From an uncultured Pelagibacteraceae bacterium (GTDB lineage: Bacteria > Pseudomonadota > Alphaproteobacteria > Pelagibacterales > Pelagibacteraceae): a stretch of 64,000 nucleotides of DNA. The position numbers were made by a program, and so were the translations under genes. The stretch lies in assembly GCA_902628965.1 (NCBI GenBank), contig CACOPB010000001.1:206491-270490 (forward strand), read 5' to 3'. Below are positions 62,349 through 64,000 of this stretch, in pieces (the stretch's first letter is position 1; every line of letters begins with the position of its first letter). The notes beneath the pieces were generated by a model, which was given only the letters and a program-made list of their open reading frames with translations, searched no databases and had not been told where the DNA came from.

Positions 62349-63067
62349 TTTTTAATAAACTTTCCTATATAGTTTACTGATAAATCTCTGGAAAGACTCC
62401 ATTCATCCTTAATAATATTAAAATTCATACCATCTATTTTTTTGAGAGATATATCGTACTTCATTAAAATTTTTTCAAGATCTTCAGGTTTAACAAATTT
62501 TTCCCATTCGTGTGTACCTATAGGTAGCCATCTTAAAACATACTCTGCTCCAACAATTGCAAAAACATAAGATTTAAATGTTCTGTTTATTGTTGCAACA
62601 AACATCAGCCCATTTTTTTTTAAAAGTTTTGAGCAGGATTTAAGAAAAAAATCTACATCTTCTACATGTTCAACAATTTCCATATTTAAAATAACATCAA
62701 ATTTTTTTGTAATTTTAAGTTTTTCAGGTGATGAACATAAATATTTAATTTTTAGTTTATTTTTTTTTGAATGAAGTTTTGCAATTTTTATATTTTTTTC
62801 AGATGCATCAATGCCTGTTACATTAGCACCCATTCTTGACATTGGCTCTGATAATAATCCTCCACCACATCCAATATCTAAAATATTTATTCCTGATAAA
62901 GATTTGAATTTATTTCTTATTTTGAAATTATTGATAATACTTTCTTTAATATATTTAATTCTTGTTGGATTGAACTTATGAAGTGGTTTAAATTTACCCT
63001 CTGGATCCCACCATTCATCAGCCATTTTAGAAAATTTTTCTATTTCTTTTTTATTTACACTAGTCAT
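62345..63067 (-). CDS. ubiG: Ubiquinone biosynthesis O-methyltransferase
   Basis: WWD..G.FKPLH..NP.R, LDIGCGGGLL, EIVEHV, GTHEWEKF. Confidence 0.96.
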   Translation of the reverse strand: MTSVNKKEIEKFSKMADEWWDPEGKFKPLHKFNPTRIKYIKESIINNFKIRNKFKSLSGINILDIGCGGGLLSEPMSRMGANVTGIDASEKNIKIAKLHSKKNKLKIKYLCSSPEKLKITKKFDVILNMEIVEHVEDVDFFLKSCSKLLKKNGLMFVATINRTFKSYVFAIVGAEYVLRWLPIGTHEWEKFVKPEDLEKILMKYDISLKKIDGMNFNIIKDEWSLSRDLSVNYIGKFIKN

Positions 63068-63142
63068 ATAGATAAATAGTTGACATAATAATTTAGATGT
63101 ATTTTATCCATTATTTATTAAATATTAATAATTAAAGCTAGC

Positions 63143-64000
63143 ATGAAAACAGTCGTATTAAAATTCGGGGGAACATCTGTAGGAAATATAGATAGAATTA
63201 AAAAGGTATGTAAAATAATTGCTTTTTATAAAAAGAAAAAAAATAGAGTAGTAGTTGTTTCATCGGCAATGAGTGGTGTGACAAATGAATTAGTGAATAA
63301 ATCTAAACTGATTAGTAACAATTTTGATAGAGCAGAATATGATGTGCTAGTTTCTACTGGAGAACAAGTATCGTGTGCGCTTATTGCAGGTAGATTGAAA
63401 CATAATGGTTTTAAATCAAGATCTTGGACCTCTTGGCAATTACCTATTTTAACAGATGGTCCTCATTCAAGTTCAAGAATCTATTCTGTAGGCATTAAAG
63501 AATTAAATAAATATGTTAAGTCTGGAGGCATACCTATAATCACAGGTTTTCAGGGTGTAAGCAAAAATTTAAGAATTACAACAATTGGAAGAAGTGGATC
63601 AGATGCAACGGCAATTATGCTTGCAAAGTTTATTAAAGCTGATGAATGCATAATATATACAGATGTAGAAGGCGTTTATACTACTGATCCTAGATATTAT
63701 AAAAAAGCAAAAAAAATTAAAAAAATTTTTTATGATGAGATGTTAGAAATGGCATCTCTTGGTTCAAAAGTAATGCAGCCTACGTCTGTTCAGGATGCAA
63801 AGTTAAATAAGATTGATATTAAGGTAAGATCTTCATTCGTATTAAAATCTGGAACCTTAATAACAGACTCTAAAAAAGCATTTGGTGACCAAATTATCAC
63901 TGGAATTTCATCAACAAAAAATGATGCTAAAATTACAATTATAGGAGTAAAAGACAGACCTGGTGTTGCTGCCTCTATTTTTAAACCGCTATCTAAAAAT
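63143..64000 (+). CDS. lysC: Aspartokinase, 3' end truncated by the window edge
   Basis: Not in the ORF track. ATG at 63143: MKTVVLKFGGTSV...VVVSSAM...TGEQ...TGFQG...TTIGRSGSDATA...YTDVEGVYTTDP. Confidence 0.95.
   Translation, partial: MKTVVLKFGGTSVGNIDRIKKVCKIIAFYKKKKNRVVVVSSAMSGVTNELVNKSKLISNNFDRAEYDVLVSTGEQVSCALIAGRLKHNGFKSRSWTSWQLPILTDGPHSSSRIYSVGIKELNKYVKSGGIPIITGFQGVSKNLRITTIGRSGSDATAIMLAKFIKADECIIYTDVEGVYTTDPRYYKKAKKIKKIFYDEMLEMASLGSKVMQPTSVQDAKLNKIDIKVRSSFVLKSGTLITDSKKAFGDQIITGISSTKNDAKITIIGVKDRPGVAASIFKPLSKN

Overview
A 64-kb, strongly AT-rich, very tightly packed stretch of core chromosome from an alphaproteobacterium. It is most consistent with a Pelagibacterales (SAR11) genome: a tandem glycine riboswitch on malate synthase G, tRNA-His without G-1, GcrA, RegB, CobST and almost no intergenic DNA. 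It holds about 70 CDSs, mostly housekeeping (gyrB, aro, dap, arg, his, trp, acc, lpt/kds, dnaX-ybaB-recR, secA), 4 tRNAs (Ser-GGA, Thr-GGT, Phe-GAA, His-GTG), the SRP RNA and a glycine riboswitch. I found no CRISPR array, IS, integrase or prophage. Four CDSs missing from the ORF track were read directly: a truncated GT17 glycosyltransferase, rpmH, a 33-aa ORF before dcd and a truncated lysC. Main points of interest: (i) an rmuC / PD-(D/E)XK exonuclease / exonuclease I / trxA unit at the position where alphaproteobacteria usually carry addAB; (ii) an adjacent HDAC-family deacylase and SET-domain methyltransferase; (iii) substitutions at normally invariant catalytic positions in Cmk, RegB, TrpB, RmuC and ArgF; (iv) non-canonical T-loops in two tRNAs and a UAAC tetraloop in the SRP RNA. 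All motif comparisons come from recalled family consensus, not from database searches.
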